64,000 nt of DNA from Candidatus Zixiibacteriota bacterium. Lineage in GTDB: Bacteria; Zixibacteria; MSB-5A5; GN15; PGXB01. Each line of letters opens with the position of its first letter. Position 1 is the first letter of the stretch. The stretch covers positions 139,628-203,627 of the forward strand of contig JBGSHP010000011.1 in assembly GCA_041752195.1 (NCBI GenBank). Reading direction: 5' to 3'. Positions 1 to 11,596 of this stretch are shown here, piece after piece. The notes beneath the pieces are model-generated. The model was not told the origin of the DNA, made no database searches, and was given only the letters and a program-made list of their open reading frames with translations. The translations under genes were made by a program, and so were the position numbers.

Positions 1-1049
1 AGATGGATAAAGCGGTCCTGGCGGTTTTTGAACATGGCTTGTTTATTCTGGGACCGGAAGTAAAGGAACTCGAAGAAAAAATCGCCCGCCTGTGCGGTTC
101 GTCCCACGGAATCGGGGTGGCCTCGGGCACCGATGCGCTCCTGATTGCCCTGCGGGCCGTCGGGGTCGGCCCCGGCGATGAAGTTATCACTTCCGATTAT
201 TCCTTTTTCGCCTCGGCCGGGGTGATTTCCCGCCTGGGCGCACGGCCGGTTTTTGTCGATATCGAGGCGGATACCTATAATATCGACCCGCTTAAAATCG
301 AAAAAGCCATTAACAAAAAGACCAAAGCCATCATGCCGGTCCATCTTTTCGGACAGGTGGCCGATATGGATCCGCTTCTGCAAATCGCAAAGAAGCACAA
401 TCTGATTGTCATAGAAGATGCCGCCCAGGCCATCGGCGCCGGATACAAAGGAAAGAAGGCCGGCGGAATCGGCCATTTCGGCTGTTTTTCATTCTATCCC
501 TCGAAGAATCTGGGCGGAGCCGGTGACGGCGGCATGATTGTGACCAGCGATAAGGATTATTGCGAAAAAGTCCAGATATTGCGGCTTCATGGCTGGCGTA
601 AAAAATACCGCCCCGAAGTGGTCGGCTACAATTCCCGCCTGGATACGCTGCAGGCCGCGGTTCTTCTGGTAAAATTCAAATACCTCGACCAGCAGACCGA
701 AATGCGGCGAAAACATGCCCAAAAATATGATAAGGCTTTTACCGGAACGCGAATCAAAACCCCGACCGCCAAAGATCATGCCTTTCATATTTACAATCAG
801 TACACCATCGACGTGGCCAATCGCGACGACCTGATGCGCGTCCTTCAGGAAAAACAGATAGGGCACGATATTTATTATCCGGTGCCGTTCCATCTCCTGG
901 AATGTTACAAAGATCTGGCCTACAAGAAGGGCGATTTCCCGGTCAGCGAAAAGGCCGCCGAGAGTGTGGTTTCTATCCCGGTTTATCCTGAAATGACCGA
1001 GGCCGAGCAGGACGAAGTCATCGCCGTGGTCAAATCGGTCTCTGCGTAA
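1..1049 (+). CDS. DegT/DnrJ/EryC1/StrS-family PLP-dependent sugar aminotransferase. The 5' end is truncated by the window edge.
   Basis: The translation has the characteristic ILGPEV motif near the N-terminus, a GxxxGTDAL segment, and SFYPSKNLG around the PLP lysine. Only about 14 residues precede ILGPEV, so the true start lies upstream of the window. Confidence 0.85.
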   Translation, partial: MDKAVLAVFEHGLFILGPEVKELEEKIARLCGSSHGIGVASGTDALLIALRAVGVGPGDEVITSDYSFFASAGVISRLGARPVFVDIEADTYNIDPLKIEKAINKKTKAIMPVHLFGQVADMDPLLQIAKKHNLIVIEDAAQAIGAGYKGKKAGGIGHFGCFSFYPSKNLGGAGDGGMIVTSDKDYCEKVQILRLHGWRKKYRPEVVGYNSRLDTLQAAVLLVKFKYLDQQTEMRRKHAQKYDKAFTGTRIKTPTAKDHAFHIYNQYTIDVANRDDLMRVLQEKQIGHDIYYPVPFHLLECYKDLAYKKGDFPVSEKAAESVVSIPVYPEMTEAEQDEVIAVVKSVSA

Positions 1050-1128
1050 AATACTGCGAAGTCCGGGAGGCTATGGCGTGGTGGTAGCCCACAGCTTGCT
1101 GTGGGTGATAGCGATTTGACAAGGACCT

Positions 1129-2280
1129 ATGAAAATTCCATTTTTCAGTCTGGAGTTGACCTCGGTCGAAGAGGCCGCCGTCCGGAAAGTCATCCGCTCC
1201 CATTGGCTGACGAGTGGCCCAAACGTCAGTCAGTTCGAAGAAAAAGTCGCCCGCCTCGTCCATGCCAAATATGCCGTCGCGACTTCTTCCGGAACCGCCG
1301 GTCTGCATCTGGCCCTTAAGGCCCTGGACATTGCTCCCGGCAATGAGGTAATTACGACCCCCTATACCATGGCCGCCACTATCGAAGCTATCCTTTATTG
1401 CGGCGCAATACCGGTTCTGGCCGATATTGATCCCGATACTCTGAATATCGATCCGGCTCAAGTGGAATCCAAAGTCACCCGCAAGACCAGGGGTGTCGTG
1501 GGTGTGGATATTGCCGGACATCCTTGCGATTGGCAGGAACTGCGCCGGATTGCCCGAGAATACCGCCTTTGTTTAATCGACGACGCCGCTCATTCCTTTG
1601 GCGCCACCTATCGCGGCAAACCGATCGGCGCCTGGGCCGATGCCACCGTATTTTCTTTCTATCCCACCAAGACCATCACTACCGGCGAAGGGGGGATGGT
1701 GGTCAGCGATTCCCGGAAGATTGCCGATAAAGTCCGATTGCTTTCCCTGCACGGCATGTCATCTTCGGGTTGGAAGAGGCACCAAGGGGGTAACTGGCGC
1801 TATGATATTACCGATTTGGGTTTTAAGTACAACATGCCGGAATTATCGGCCGCGGTCGGCCTGGCCCAATTGACCCGGCTGTCATCCTTGGAAAAAAGAC
1901 GGCGGCAACTGGAGAGAGTCTATCGTAAAAGACTGGCGTCTCTCGACGAATATTTGCGGCTCCCCAATTCAACTCCCGACCGGGAGTCCTCGCGCCACCT
2001 GTTTATCATCCGGCTGAATACGGATCGCTGGCGAATCAGCCGGGACCGTCTTATTTTCGAATTGGAGAAAGCCGGTATCGGCTGCGGCGTGCATTACATC
2101 CCGGTTTATCGCTTCTCCTATTACCGAAAAATGCCAGGATTCAATCCGCGGAATTATCCTCATTGCGAAGAGGCTTTTCATCGGGTAATAAGCCTTCCCT
2201 TCTATCCCGGCCTGAAAACAGACCAGGTCGATTATATCGGTTCGACTCTGGAAAAACTCGCCCGCACGTTTTCCCGCTAA
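1129..2280 (+). CDS. DegT/DnrJ/EryC1/StrS-family PLP-dependent aminotransferase, a second paralog.
   Basis: Family hallmarks WLTSGPNV, SSGTAGLHLAL and FSFYPTKTITTGEGG (PLP-lysine region) are present. The ORF is full length at 383 aa and has an ATG start. Confidence 0.85.
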   Translation: MKIPFFSLELTSVEEAAVRKVIRSHWLTSGPNVSQFEEKVARLVHAKYAVATSSGTAGLHLALKALDIAPGNEVITTPYTMAATIEAILYCGAIPVLADIDPDTLNIDPAQVESKVTRKTRGVVGVDIAGHPCDWQELRRIAREYRLCLIDDAAHSFGATYRGKPIGAWADATVFSFYPTKTITTGEGGMVVSDSRKIADKVRLLSLHGMSSSGWKRHQGGNWRYDITDLGFKYNMPELSAAVGLAQLTRLSSLEKRRRQLERVYRKRLASLDEYLRLPNSTPDRESSRHLFIIRLNTDRWRISRDRLIFELEKAGIGCGVHYIPVYRFSYYRKMPGFNPRNYPHCEEAFHRVISLPFYPGLKTDQVDYIGSTLEKLARTFSR

Positions 2281-2320
2281 GCTGTTTCATTGCCCCTTGT
2301 GATTTGCCTGATTAGACATT

Positions 2321-2355
2321 AAAAAACCGCCCCCGGCCCGGGGCCGAAGGCGGCT
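2321..2355 (-). terminator. Rho-independent terminator for the convergent T9SS cargo gene.
   Basis: A GC-rich hairpin CCGCCCCCGG..CCGGGGCCGAAGGCGG is followed on the minus strand by TTTTTTTAAT. It sits between the convergent gene ends at 2280 and 2385. Confidence 0.55.
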
Positions 2356-2384
2356 GTGAGAATAAAAATATTCCCCCTCCTGAA

Positions 2385-4721
2385 TTATTTCATGAGCAGC
2401 ATTTTTTGAGTTTTCTGGTAACCATCGGTGGTCATGCGATACAGGAATACGCCGGAGCCGAAACCGTTGGCATTCCAGATCACTTCATGATGACCCGCCT
2501 CGCGGACTTCATCCACCAGGGTCGCCACCTTCTGACCCAGGATATTGAAGACTTCGATATTCACGTGGCCGGAAACCGGCATATCGAAGGCAATGCTGGT
2601 GGTGGGATTGAACGGATTGGGCCGGTTGGCAAAGAGTGCGAACTCGGTCGGGGTGTTGTCACCCTTCCACGGCTCGATTTCCCCGGGTTCCGGATTTACA
2701 ATTACACTGCAGTCATATCTATTCCTGACGGTTCCGGCGCTTACAAAGTAAGTCGGCTCCATCATATTATTATCGGTGATCTCGTAATCCTCGAAATAGA
2801 TATATGTGGTCTTATAACAATACTGAACCGGTGGTTGACTGTCTTTCTCCCCGCTGTCTCCGCCATTGTTGTCGCCCTTGAAAGCCGGTGTATAGCCAAA
2901 GACATACTTAATACGGGCTATTTGAGTCAAAGTTAAAACGGGGTTTTTAGACCATGCGGCGTTGGATTGGAGGATGACATAATCACTGCCCTGCTCCACT
3001 ATTTCAACTCCCGGATAAAGCGTTATTTGATTCATGCCGTGAGGTCCGGCTTCGCGAATCTTGACTCGAAATCCGGCAGTGTCCTGATTATGCCTGACAT
3101 AGTAGTTCTGATAAACGGCAGTATACATTCCGTTACTTTGAGCAGCCGGCGCATAAAACTGCCCCACGGCGTATTCGATTTTCGGATTATCCCAGGTCAT
3201 GCTATTATCGCCCGGGTAGGCAATGGCCGTTCCGGTGAAATCCTTTACATAAGCCGGGAAGCCGGGTTCTGCGCTATAAGTCGTTTTATAATTGTAACCA
3301 ACGAACCTGTTCTCGAATGCCGACGGGGCTACGATGTTATTAAGCATCAACCGCTTGGAGAATATTTTGGCGAAATCATTGATCGGACCACGTATATTGC
3401 CCAAACCCGCCTGAACCCTCTGCCGAACCGCCAGTTCCTGTACCGTCGACTTTCCTGTCGACGTAAACCCCTGGAATTTAAAGCTGTCGACCCCGGCCAC
3501 TGGTTCGGAGATATCCTGGAATCTGAAATTTTCTCCCAGATCGAAGTTGACGATTATACGATTATCCGCGCCGCCGGCGGTGAAATTCTCCTTCATAGAA
3601 ACATCAGCCCAGAAGAGTTTATAGCCGTTCGTAATATCCGCGGGAAATATCATATCGGTAATTGTCGTCTTAAATTGAGCCGTATAATTACTGATTGAAA
3701 TTGTCCCACCGATATTTTCATAATGATCCATTAAAGCGGGACAGAAAATAGAGCCGTTGTAGATATAGGCATAACATGAATCCTGGATGAAATTAAGCGA
3801 TACATTGCCCCCATCCCAGGCTGGAGGAGTTAAAAAGTCGAAAACCAGATAATAGAGTTCCACTTTATTGCCCTGCTGGGGGTAATATTGATTTATCCAG
3901 TTTCTTAAATCGACCTTTACGGTATCCCGAGTCGTTCCTTCACCAAGAACGAAATCCTGCATATACAACCAATAGTCGCCATCCGCGACGTAACCTCCCA
4001 CGAACGCCAATCTTGTGGGATCAAAGGTGATAAATGTCCGGCTCCCCCACAAAAGCGCATTATTTTCAATAAAGACCGGTATGGTATCCCGCTTTCCCAG
4101 TATACCCGTCAGAGTTGTATTCTCAATTGAGTGCTTAACTATGTAATTATCGATATTTACGTAACCGGAATAGGCTTCATCGGGTATGTACTTATCCAGA
4201 AGCATATCCGGCCTTAATACATAAAGATAACTATCATTCGCAACATCATGAAATTCCAATTCGTTCTGAGTTAACTCAGGTTGACACTTGGCTTTAAATT
4301 CCAGAAAAGCGTACGTATATGGGTCCGGTAATGGCGGCGCCGCTCCGGCCGTAAAGGTCAAAGTAATAATTCCATTAATATCCTGATATGAAAAGTCGCC
4401 AGTCCATTTGATATCATTCTTATACGCCCAAATAAACTCCAATGCGTCCGTATCATATTCAATCTTCGCTTCTATACTGGCAATTGTTCCTGCCGGAGGG
4501 GGGCCATCCGATGGGTCAAAGAAAAGTTCAAAAGGAATTATTGCTACCTGTTTATTCAATTCGGGGACAGTTTCCATGACATATATTGTTTGGGTCCCCA
4601 TTTGGAATGTAACACCTTTGTCGAATACTCCCTTTGTCCCGGCAGATAATCCCGTCGCCACCATCAACCAAAAAAGGCAGGGAATACATAAAAGGTGCAA
4701 CAAACTCTTCCTTGTCAGCAT
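2385..4721 (-). CDS. Large secreted protein with a C-terminal type IX secretion (Por) sorting domain; a T9SS cargo protein.
   Basis: The C-terminus (NPFNPTTSIAFDMP...VFNILGQKVATLVD...GVFLYRMTTDGY) matches the T9SS C-terminal-domain consensus. An internal Met at 4721 begins a signal peptide (MLTRKSLLHLLCIPCLFWLMVATGLSAG) and is preceded by a GGAGGA Shine-Dalgarno. The longer ORF-track start at 4778 is therefore unlikely. Confidence 0.8.
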   Translation of the reverse strand: MLTRKSLLHLLCIPCLFWLMVATGLSAGTKGVFDKGVTFQMGTQTIYVMETVPELNKQVAIIPFELFFDPSDGPPPAGTIASIEAKIEYDTDALEFIWAYKNDIKWTGDFSYQDINGIITLTFTAGAAPPLPDPYTYAFLEFKAKCQPELTQNELEFHDVANDSYLYVLRPDMLLDKYIPDEAYSGYVNIDNYIVKHSIENTTLTGILGKRDTIPVFIENNALLWGSRTFITFDPTRLAFVGGYVADGDYWLYMQDFVLGEGTTRDTVKVDLRNWINQYYPQQGNKVELYYLVFDFLTPPAWDGGNVSLNFIQDSCYAYIYNGSIFCPALMDHYENIGGTISISNYTAQFKTTITDMIFPADITNGYKLFWADVSMKENFTAGGADNRIIVNFDLGENFRFQDISEPVAGVDSFKFQGFTSTGKSTVQELAVRQRVQAGLGNIRGPINDFAKIFSKRLMLNNIVAPSAFENRFVGYNYKTTYSAEPGFPAYVKDFTGTAIAYPGDNSMTWDNPKIEYAVGQFYAPAAQSNGMYTAVYQNYYVRHNQDTAGFRVKIREAGPHGMNQITLYPGVEIVEQGSDYVILQSNAAWSKNPVLTLTQIARIKYVFGYTPAFKGDNNGGDSGEKDSQPPVQYCYKTTYIYFEDYEITDNNMMEPTYFVSAGTVRNRYDCSVIVNPEPGEIEPWKGDNTPTEFALFANRPNPFNPTTSIAFDMPVSGHVNIEVFNILGQKVATLVDEVREAGHHEVIWNANGFGSGVFLYRMTTDGYQKTQKMLLMK

Positions 4722-4986
4722 TATATCCTCCTTCTGACATTTTTGTGAAATTGCAGATGAAAGGAAAAAAACAGACAACCGTCTCGCTATGGAGGAGGCC
4801 GAGGGCCCGTGTCAAAAAACATAACACGCCTCTTAAGGGCGAGATTGTTTAAACTTTAATAATAATGCCCAGCGATTGTGTTGCTATGGCATAGAATTCC
4901 CGTCTGTTATATTATAAGCCTGCAGGTAGGTTTAGTCAAGGAAAAGGTAAGATATCCGGACAAATTAATTTTGTATTAAAATCCGA

Positions 4987-6528
4987 TTACTCCCATTCGA
5001 TTGTGGCCGGGGGTTTTGAAGAGATATCGTAAGTAACCCGGTTGACCCCCCTGACCGAATTTATGATGCGATTGGATATGCGCGCCAATATTTCATACGG
5101 AATTTCCGCCCAGTTGGCCGTCATGCCGTCCACCGAAGTTACCGCCCTCAAGGCAATGACATTCTCATAAGTACGCTCATCGCCCATGACCCCCACCGAC
5201 TTAACCGGCAAAAGAACCGCAAAAGCCTGCCAGATTTTATCGTACTGCCCCGAGCGGCGGAGTTCTTCGATATAAATGGCGTCGGCCTCGCGCAAAACCT
5301 CAAGCCGGTCCCGGGTGATTTCCCCGACGATACGAACCGCCAGTCCCGGACCGGGGAAGGGGTGGCGTCCGATAAAACTCTCATCAAGGCCCAGTTGCCG
5401 TCCCAGGCGCCGCACCTCGTCTTTAAAAAGTTCTCTTAACGGCTCCACCAGTTTCAGGTGCATCCGGTCTTTCAACCCGCCCACGTTATGGTGGGATTTT
5501 ATGGTCGCCGACGGCCCCTTGAAGGATACCGACTCGATCACGTCGGGATACAGCGTCCCCTGGGCCAGATATTCCGCCCCGCCGACCTTTCGCGCCTGTT
5601 CCTCGAAAACATCGATAAAAGTATTACCGATAATTTTCCGCTTCTGTTCCGGATCGGTGATACCCTCCAGGCGATTCAAAAACTTTTCCGCGGCATCCAC
5701 CGCGATTAAATTAAGTCCCAAAGTCGACAGCATCTCCCGAACATCGCGAAATTCATCTTTGCGTAAAACGCCGTTGTCGACAAATATGGCATATAAATTG
5801 CCGCCGATCGCCTGTTTCAAGAGAAGGGCGCATACCGTGGAATCGACCCCGCCCGAAATTGCCAGAACCACTTTTTGATTATGCAATCTCTGCTTCAAAT
5901 CGCGAACAGTGCTATCGATGAATGATTCCGTGGTCCAGTCGCCCCGGCATCCGCATATATCATAAAGAAAATTATCGAGAATCTTGTTGCCCTCGATAGT
6001 ATGATGTACTTCGGGGTGAAACTGAACCCCGAAAATCATCCCTTCGGCGTCCTCCATCGCCGCCAGCGCCACGCTTTCCGTGGAGGCGGTTGCCTGATAT
6101 CCGGGCGGAAGATTTCTGATGGTATCGCCGTGGCTCATCCAGACCGTCCCGGTCGGGGAAACACCCTGGAAAAGCCGGCTGGTCCGTTTCAGGGTCAACT
6201 GGGAATGGCCGTACTCGCGGTGTTCGGACCGAACCAGCTCGCCACCGAAAATATCGGCGATTAGTTGCATGCCGTAGCAGACACCCAGAACGGGGATTCT
6301 GGTCTCGAAAAAAGAACTATCCAATCGCGGCGAGCCGGGTTCTTTGACGGAGGCCGGTCCGCCGGATAATATAATCCCCTTGATATTGCGTTCGGCAAAC
6401 GGCTTGAGGTCGGCGTTGAAGGGCAGTATCTCGCAATAAACATTGGCTTCCCGGACCCGCCGGGCAATGAGTTGCGTGTACTGCGACCCGAAATCGAGTA
6501 TCAAAATCATTTCAGAGGCTATGGCCAT
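4987..6528 (-). CDS. guaA: GMP synthase, glutamine-hydrolysing.
   Basis: An N-terminal class-I glutamine amidotransferase domain ([20 protein letters not shown], catalytic GVCYGMQ) is followed by an ATP-pyrophosphatase domain (SGGVDSTV) and a GMP synthase C-terminal dimerisation domain. Confidence 0.95.
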   Translation of the reverse strand: MAIASEMILILDFGSQYTQLIARRVREANVYCEILPFNADLKPFAERNIKGIILSGGPASVKEPGSPRLDSSFFETRIPVLGVCYGMQLIADIFGGELVRSEHREYGHSQLTLKRTSRLFQGVSPTGTVWMSHGDTIRNLPPGYQATASTESVALAAMEDAEGMIFGVQFHPEVHHTIEGNKILDNFLYDICGCRGDWTTESFIDSTVRDLKQRLHNQKVVLAISGGVDSTVCALLLKQAIGGNLYAIFVDNGVLRKDEFRDVREMLSTLGLNLIAVDAAEKFLNRLEGITDPEQKRKIIGNTFIDVFEEQARKVGGAEYLAQGTLYPDVIESVSFKGPSATIKSHHNVGGLKDRMHLKLVEPLRELFKDEVRRLGRQLGLDESFIGRHPFPGPGLAVRIVGEITRDRLEVLREADAIYIEELRRSGQYDKIWQAFAVLLPVKSVGVMGDERTYENVIALRAVTSVDGMTANWAEIPYEILARISNRIINSVRGVNRVTYDISSKPPATIEWE

Positions 6529-8155
6529 CTTTTCTCCGGAGCAAATTGTTTTTTCGGGGCAGGTAATTATGGGGGCGAATAACCGTATTGTGAAGCCAGC
6601 GGTCGTCGGTTTCGGGATGGTCGAGAAGGTAGTGCAATCCCCGCGATTCCTTGCGCCGCGTGGCTGCCCGCACTATCAGGCCCGCCACCAGGGACATATT
6701 GCGCAGTTCGATAATAGGATAGGATACCGGTTGTGTCAGGTAATAATGCTCGGCGGCCTTTTGGATAATGCGCAGGCGTTCTCCGGCCATTTGCAGGCGG
6801 TCCAGGGATCTTACGATACCCACGAAATCGGACATGGTTTTCTTGAGAACCTCAATGTCGTGGGTCACGACGATTTTTTCGCGATTGCCGCCCAGCGACG
6901 AATGCAGCCATTCCCCGGCCGGGGGAGTGTCAGGAAAATTGTTGGTCTGCCGGAAAGCCAGGGAGTCATCGGAAGCGAAATCGGCCATGACCACCGCTTC
7001 CAGCAACGAATTGGAGGCCAGGCGGTTGGCTCCGTGCATACCGGTACAGGCGGCCTCGCCGCAGACATAAAGCCCGGAAATATCCGTCCGGCCCTGTAGA
7101 TCGGCCACCACCCCGCCGCAATTGTAGTGCGCCGAAGGCACTACCGGGATCGGTTGCCGCGTGATGTCGATTCCCCGCTTCTTGCATTCCTTGAAAATAT
7201 TGGGAAAACGCTTCTTGATAAAAGTTTTATCCAGATGGCTGACGTCCAGAAAGACACTGGGCGCCCCGCTTTGCTTTAATTCGCTGTCGATGGCGCGGGC
7301 CACGATATCGCGCGGGGCCAGATCCTTTTGCGCATGGTATTCTTTCATGAAGGGTCGTCCCGCCGAATCAATCAGGATACCACCCTCGCCGCGGACCGCT
7401 TCGGAAATAAGGAACGGGCGGCGGCCGGGATCATACAGCGTGGTCGGATGAAACTGGATAAATTCCATGTTGGCCACCCGGGCCCCGGCCCGGAAAGCCA
7501 TGGCGATACCGTCGCCGGTCGCGATATCGGGATTGGTCGTATGAAAATAAACCTGCCCGATGCCTCCCGTGGCCAGCATTATAACCGGCGCATAAAAACT
7601 GCGGAATACCCGGCCCCGGGGAGTGAAAGTGTAAACACCGCCGCAGCAATTCATTTTATTGTGCTGATAGGTGATTAAATCGAGCGCGATTGTCTCCCGG
7701 TAAAAATCTATATTGGATCGTTGCCGGCACGATTCCAAAAGGGCCCGCTCGATTTCCCGCCCGGTTAAATCCGAAGCATGGATGACGCGATTGATGGAAT
7801 GCCCGCCTTCCCGGCCCAGGTCGTAAGTACCTCCTTTGGAACGCGTGAACTTGACGCCGATTTCCACCAGTTTTTCGATTACCTTCGGGCCATGAAGAAT
7901 TATATCTTCGACGACCTTGCGATGACATAACCCGGCCCCGGCCTTTAGCGTATCGGAGACGTGAAGATCGAAACTATCCACCCCCGACATTACCGTGGCG
8001 ATACCGCCCTGGGCGTAGTTGGTGTTGGATTCCGTTTCGTCTTTTTTGGTGATGACCGCCACTCGTCCCCCGGGCAAAAGGCCGGCCGCCTTCCGGGCAA
8101 AGAACAACCCGGCGATTCCGGAGCCGACCACGACTATGTCGTAATGTTTTTCCAC
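6512..8155 (-). CDS. nadB: L-aspartate oxidase, an FAD flavoprotein of the SdhA/FrdA superfamily.
   Basis: An N-terminal FAD-binding segment reads [12 protein letters not shown]. Length (547 aa), the HYNCGG motif and the RLASNSLLE motif fit NadB better than SdhA or FrdA. Its end overlaps guaA within the operon. Confidence 0.8.
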   Translation of the reverse strand: MEKHYDIVVVGSGIAGLFFARKAAGLLPGGRVAVITKKDETESNTNYAQGGIATVMSGVDSFDLHVSDTLKAGAGLCHRKVVEDIILHGPKVIEKLVEIGVKFTRSKGGTYDLGREGGHSINRVIHASDLTGREIERALLESCRQRSNIDFYRETIALDLITYQHNKMNCCGGVYTFTPRGRVFRSFYAPVIMLATGGIGQVYFHTTNPDIATGDGIAMAFRAGARVANMEFIQFHPTTLYDPGRRPFLISEAVRGEGGILIDSAGRPFMKEYHAQKDLAPRDIVARAIDSELKQSGAPSVFLDVSHLDKTFIKKRFPNIFKECKKRGIDITRQPIPVVPSAHYNCGGVVADLQGRTDISGLYVCGEAACTGMHGANRLASNSLLEAVVMADFASDDSLAFRQTNNFPDTPPAGEWLHSSLGGNREKIVVTHDIEVLKKTMSDFVGIVRSLDRLQMAGERLRIIQKAAEHYYLTQPVSYPIIELRNMSLVAGLIVRAATRRKESRGLHYLLDHPETDDRWLHNTVIRPHNYLPRKNNLLRRKDGHSL

Positions 8156-9231
8156 TACCCGTTCCCTATAACCCGGCCCAGGGCCAGAGCCAGTTTCGCG
8201 CTATCGGCCTCATTCAGCCTGATTTTAAGCCCAAGATAATAAATCGGCAGGCCAAAATCAAAGTGTCTGATTTTCACATAGTCTTTTTTCGTCGTCAGGA
8301 TTATCCGCGGCCGAAGGCGTTGAATATCTTCTCTTATCGACCTGATATCCGAATTTTCATAACGGCAATGGTCCGGGAAGAGACGAAACCCAGCCAAATG
8401 AGTTATTGATTTTTCTAATGATATTTTCAACGGCATACCGTCGGCCAGGCCCGCAAAAAAGTAAACGGCCTCATTTGAAATTTCGTGTATCGTCAGAGTC
8501 CGCTCGGCGGAAACAACTATATCATTGTGATATTCAGCCTGTATAATGGGCAATGCGGGCAGGTTTTCGGTCAGCCAGGCACGATTGGCGCCCGTATGTC
8601 CGGCGTAATTGCTCTTGGTCAATATGACCAGGTCGGCGCGAGCCAGGGCCTTATTGGTCTCGCGAAGTCTGCCCAGGGGGAATACATATTCACCGGCCAG
8701 GTCAACGCCGGAATCGATCAGAACAATGTCTAAATCCCGGTGTAACTTCCGATGCTGGAAGGCATCGTCAATCAGGATGACTTCCGGCCGGTAAGTTTTA
8801 TCCAGACGCCGGGCGGCCTCGCTTTTGGATGGGCCCACGGCAAAAAATACGCCGGGCAGGCTTTTGGCCAGCACCACGGTTTCGTCGCCGCCTTTTTCCC
8901 AGGCCAGTCCGGCGACCTCGACACCGGTCCCGTCGATATTTATCATTTCCCGGCGTCCATATCCGCCGCCGACCAGGCCGGCTTTTGAGCCCTGCTTTAA
9001 AAACCACTCGGCCATAAAATGTACCATGGGGGTTTTGCCGGCCCCACCGACGGTTATACCGCCAACCGAAACGACTTTGCTCTTTAACTTAACGGAGGGC
9101 CGGACCGAAAAGATATACAGCGCCATCCCCAGGCGGTACATTAAGGCCGCGACCGCCAGCATCCCCAGAGGCAGCCAGAAAAGCGGATTTCCCTTGCGGG
9201 AGATTATTCGACGCCAGACTTTTTCCCACAT
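8155..9231 (-). CDS. lpxK: Tetraacyldisaccharide 4'-kinase.
   Basis: The P-loop VVSVGGITVGGAGKTPMV is the LpxK signature. The gene sits inside the lipid A operon and overlaps its neighbours. Confidence 0.9.
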   Translation of the reverse strand: MWEKVWRRIISRKGNPLFWLPLGMLAVAALMYRLGMALYIFSVRPSVKLKSKVVSVGGITVGGAGKTPMVHFMAEWFLKQGSKAGLVGGGYGRREMINIDGTGVEVAGLAWEKGGDETVVLAKSLPGVFFAVGPSKSEAARRLDKTYRPEVILIDDAFQHRKLHRDLDIVLIDSGVDLAGEYVFPLGRLRETNKALARADLVILTKSNYAGHTGANRAWLTENLPALPIIQAEYHNDIVVSAERTLTIHEISNEAVYFFAGLADGMPLKISLEKSITHLAGFRLFPDHCRYENSDIRSIREDIQRLRPRIILTTKKDYVKIRHFDFGLPIYYLGLKIRLNEADSAKLALALGRVIGNG

Positions 9232-10481
9232 TTTTTCAAGGCATCAATTATGATGGCTGCGGTGCGACGCGAATGCGGCCGTTTCCCCGGCTCGAATTCG
9301 CTGACTTTATAGTGACTTTTTCCGGATAAAAATCGGCTCATCAGGTCGTATAACGCCTCCCTGTCGGCCGCCATTTCACCCAGATTATTTTCGAGAATAA
9401 ATTCCGAACTGTCCCTGACATTATCGATCGAGGGACCATATAAAACAGGGCTCCCGGCCCAGATCGGTTCCAGGATATTATGTCCGCCGACATTAACCAA
9501 TGTCCCCCCGACAAAGGCGATATCGCCCACCGCGTATAATTTGTCCAGTTGGCCCATGGTGTCGACCAGGATGGCCAGGGGTCGGTCGGGATTGCCGAGG
9601 CTCTCGGTATATTGTATGTATGAAATTCCGTGTCCCTGCAGGATATTTTTGACTTCGGCCAGCCGCTCCATATGGCGGGGGGCCAGAATAATCTTCAGAG
9701 AGGGTTGCTCTTTCCTTAAGCGAAGGAAAATCTCCAGAATTATTTCTTCTTCACCGGGGCGGGTGGACCCGGCGACCCAGATCACATCCGAATCGGTAAA
9801 AGACAGGCCCCTTTTCAAGGCCGTTCTTTCTTCCGCTGAAATGGTATTGGCCGGGGCATCGAACTTTAAACTCCCCGTTATCCGGATAGTCTCGGCAGGT
9901 GCACCGACATTGATAAACCTTTCCCGGTCGGTCCGGCTTTGCACCATCAGACAATGGTATTGCCGGAGAATTCTGCCGAATGGCCCGCGGACCATTCGAT
10001 AAAAACGCCCCGATTTTTCCGAAAGTCTGCCATTGGCCAGAAAAATTGGTATTCCTTTGCGGGCCAATTCCCGAATTAGATTGGGCCAGATCTCGGTTTC
10101 GATGAATACGGCGGCGTCGGGACGAATATGCCGCAGAAAGCGCCGTATCGCGGCCGGATAATCCAGCGGCATATAGCCGCAATCGGTCTCATTGCCGACA
10201 ATATCGCAGGCCGTCCGGAACCCGGCATCCGTCATGACCGTCAGAAATATTTTCGCTTCCGGGGCGGCGTCGTTCAGAGCCTTTTTTAATATTCCGGCGA
10301 CCTTGGCCTCGCCCACGGACGAAGCATGCAGCCATATCAGGGGGGCGGAATTATTTTCCGAAGACCGGTAATATCCCTGCCTGTTTTTCCACTTGCGGGA
10401 GCCGCGCAGGGCGGCCGGATAAATAACGGGGAGAGCCAGATGATAGGCCAGAAAGGTGAAAATCCTGTAAAAAATCAGCAC
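9204..10481 (-). CDS. waaA: 3-deoxy-D-manno-octulosonic acid (Kdo) transferase.
   Basis: The LIWLHASSVGEAKVA motif matches the KdtA/WaaA N-terminal domain, and the C-terminal half has a glycosyltransferase GT-B fold. It overlaps lpxK and lpxB. Confidence 0.9.
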   Translation of the reverse strand: MLIFYRIFTFLAYHLALPVIYPAALRGSRKWKNRQGYYRSSENNSAPLIWLHASSVGEAKVAGILKKALNDAAPEAKIFLTVMTDAGFRTACDIVGNETDCGYMPLDYPAAIRRFLRHIRPDAAVFIETEIWPNLIRELARKGIPIFLANGRLSEKSGRFYRMVRGPFGRILRQYHCLMVQSRTDRERFINVGAPAETIRITGSLKFDAPANTISAEERTALKRGLSFTDSDVIWVAGSTRPGEEEIILEIFLRLRKEQPSLKIILAPRHMERLAEVKNILQGHGISYIQYTESLGNPDRPLAILVDTMGQLDKLYAVGDIAFVGGTLVNVGGHNILEPIWAGSPVLYGPSIDNVRDSSEFILENNLGEMAADREALYDLMSRFLSGKSHYKVSEFEPGKRPHSRRTAAIIIDALKKCGKKSGVE

Positions 10482-11596
10482 TTTGCCGTCTCCAAAATCG
10501 CCGCCGCCGCTTTTTTTGCCGCGCCCGGTTCTCCTAAAAGAGAGGCTGTTTTATGGAGCTTGTCAACTATTTCAAGGCTTAACGCCGGATTATCCCAGAA
10601 CCTTTTGGCTTGAGCCGCGATTTCCGCGGGGTTGGCTTCTTCCTGTATCAATTCCGGGACAATTTTTTCCCCGCCCACCAGATTTATTAGGGCGATTTTG
10701 TCCACTTTTACCAGATGACGCGCGATTCGGTACGTCAAATAGCCGGTCTTGTACAGGACGATCATGGGTCGCCCGATTATTCCCACCTCAAGGGTCGCCG
10801 TCCCCGATGATACCAGCACCAGCCGGCTGTCATGAATCAGGCGCCGCGTTTGCCCATACACGATTTCAGCCTCGAATCCGCTCGCGGCCACGAACTCCTG
10901 ATAGGGAATATGACCCTCCACGGCGGCCACCGCGACCTTCATCTCATTATTCCGGGCAAGAATGGCGGCGGTCTTCAGCAGCGTCGGAAGCATCCGTTGT
11001 ACTTCCTGGGGGCGAGAACCGGGCAATAACACCAGGTTTTTGGAATCAGAATTGTACGGCGCCCGGATAAAAGAACTTTCGAAATCATCCAGAAGATAAT
11101 GCCCCACAAAACGGCAGGGAACCCCGGCTCGTTCATACAATTCTTTTTCGAAGGGAAGAATCACCAGCATCATGTCGATCAGGCGTCGAATGGCCTCGAT
11201 CCGCTTTCCGCCCCAGGCCCAGATTTGCGGCGAGACATAGTAAATAATGGGAATACCCAGAGGTTTAATTTTCTCGGCCAGACGAAGATTGAATCCCGGG
11301 TAATCGATCAGGACCACGGCTGCCGGTTTATTTCGACGAATCTCCTCGGCCGCGTCATTCAGGAGTCTTCCAAAAAAAAGAAATTTGCGGGCGACTTCCC
11401 AAAAGCCCAGAACCGCCAGGCGGTCGCCGTCGATCAGTTGCTTCTGACCGGCCCGGGACATCCTCCGTCCGCCCAGGCCGTTGAAACGCAAATCCGGCAT
11501 TTTATTTTTCAGTTCCGTGATTAAATGCGAACCGGCGATATCTCCCGAAGGGTCGCCGGCCGAGATAAAAATAGAAGGAGATGTGTTTAGCATCAT
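10475..11596 (-). CDS. lpxB: Lipid-A-disaccharide synthase.
   Basis: The N-terminus IFISAGDPSGDIAGSHLI is the LpxB signature. The protein is 373 aa and lies in operon context. Confidence 0.9.
   Translation of the reverse strand: MMLNTSPSIFISAGDPSGDIAGSHLITELKNKMPDLRFNGLGGRRMSRAGQKQLIDGDRLAVLGFWEVARKFLFFGRLLNDAAEEIRRNKPAAVVLIDYPGFNLRLAEKIKPLGIPIIYYVSPQIWAWGGKRIEAIRRLIDMMLVILPFEKELYERAGVPCRFVGHYLLDDFESSFIRAPYNSDSKNLVLLPGSRPQEVQRMLPTLLKTAAILARNNEMKVAVAAVEGHIPYQEFVAASGFEAEIVYGQTRRLIHDSRLVLVSSGTATLEVGIIGRPMIVLYKTGYLTYRIARHLVKVDKIALINLVGGEKIVPELIQEEANPAEIAAQAKRFWDNPALSLEIVDKLHKTASLLGEPGAAKKAAAAILETAKC

Noticed and set aside
2406-3698. Plus-strand ORFs of 176 and 243 aa inside the T9SS cargo gene.
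   Set aside because: They are antisense to a gene with a clear signal peptide, Shine-Dalgarno and T9SS C-terminal domain. No family resemblance was found.
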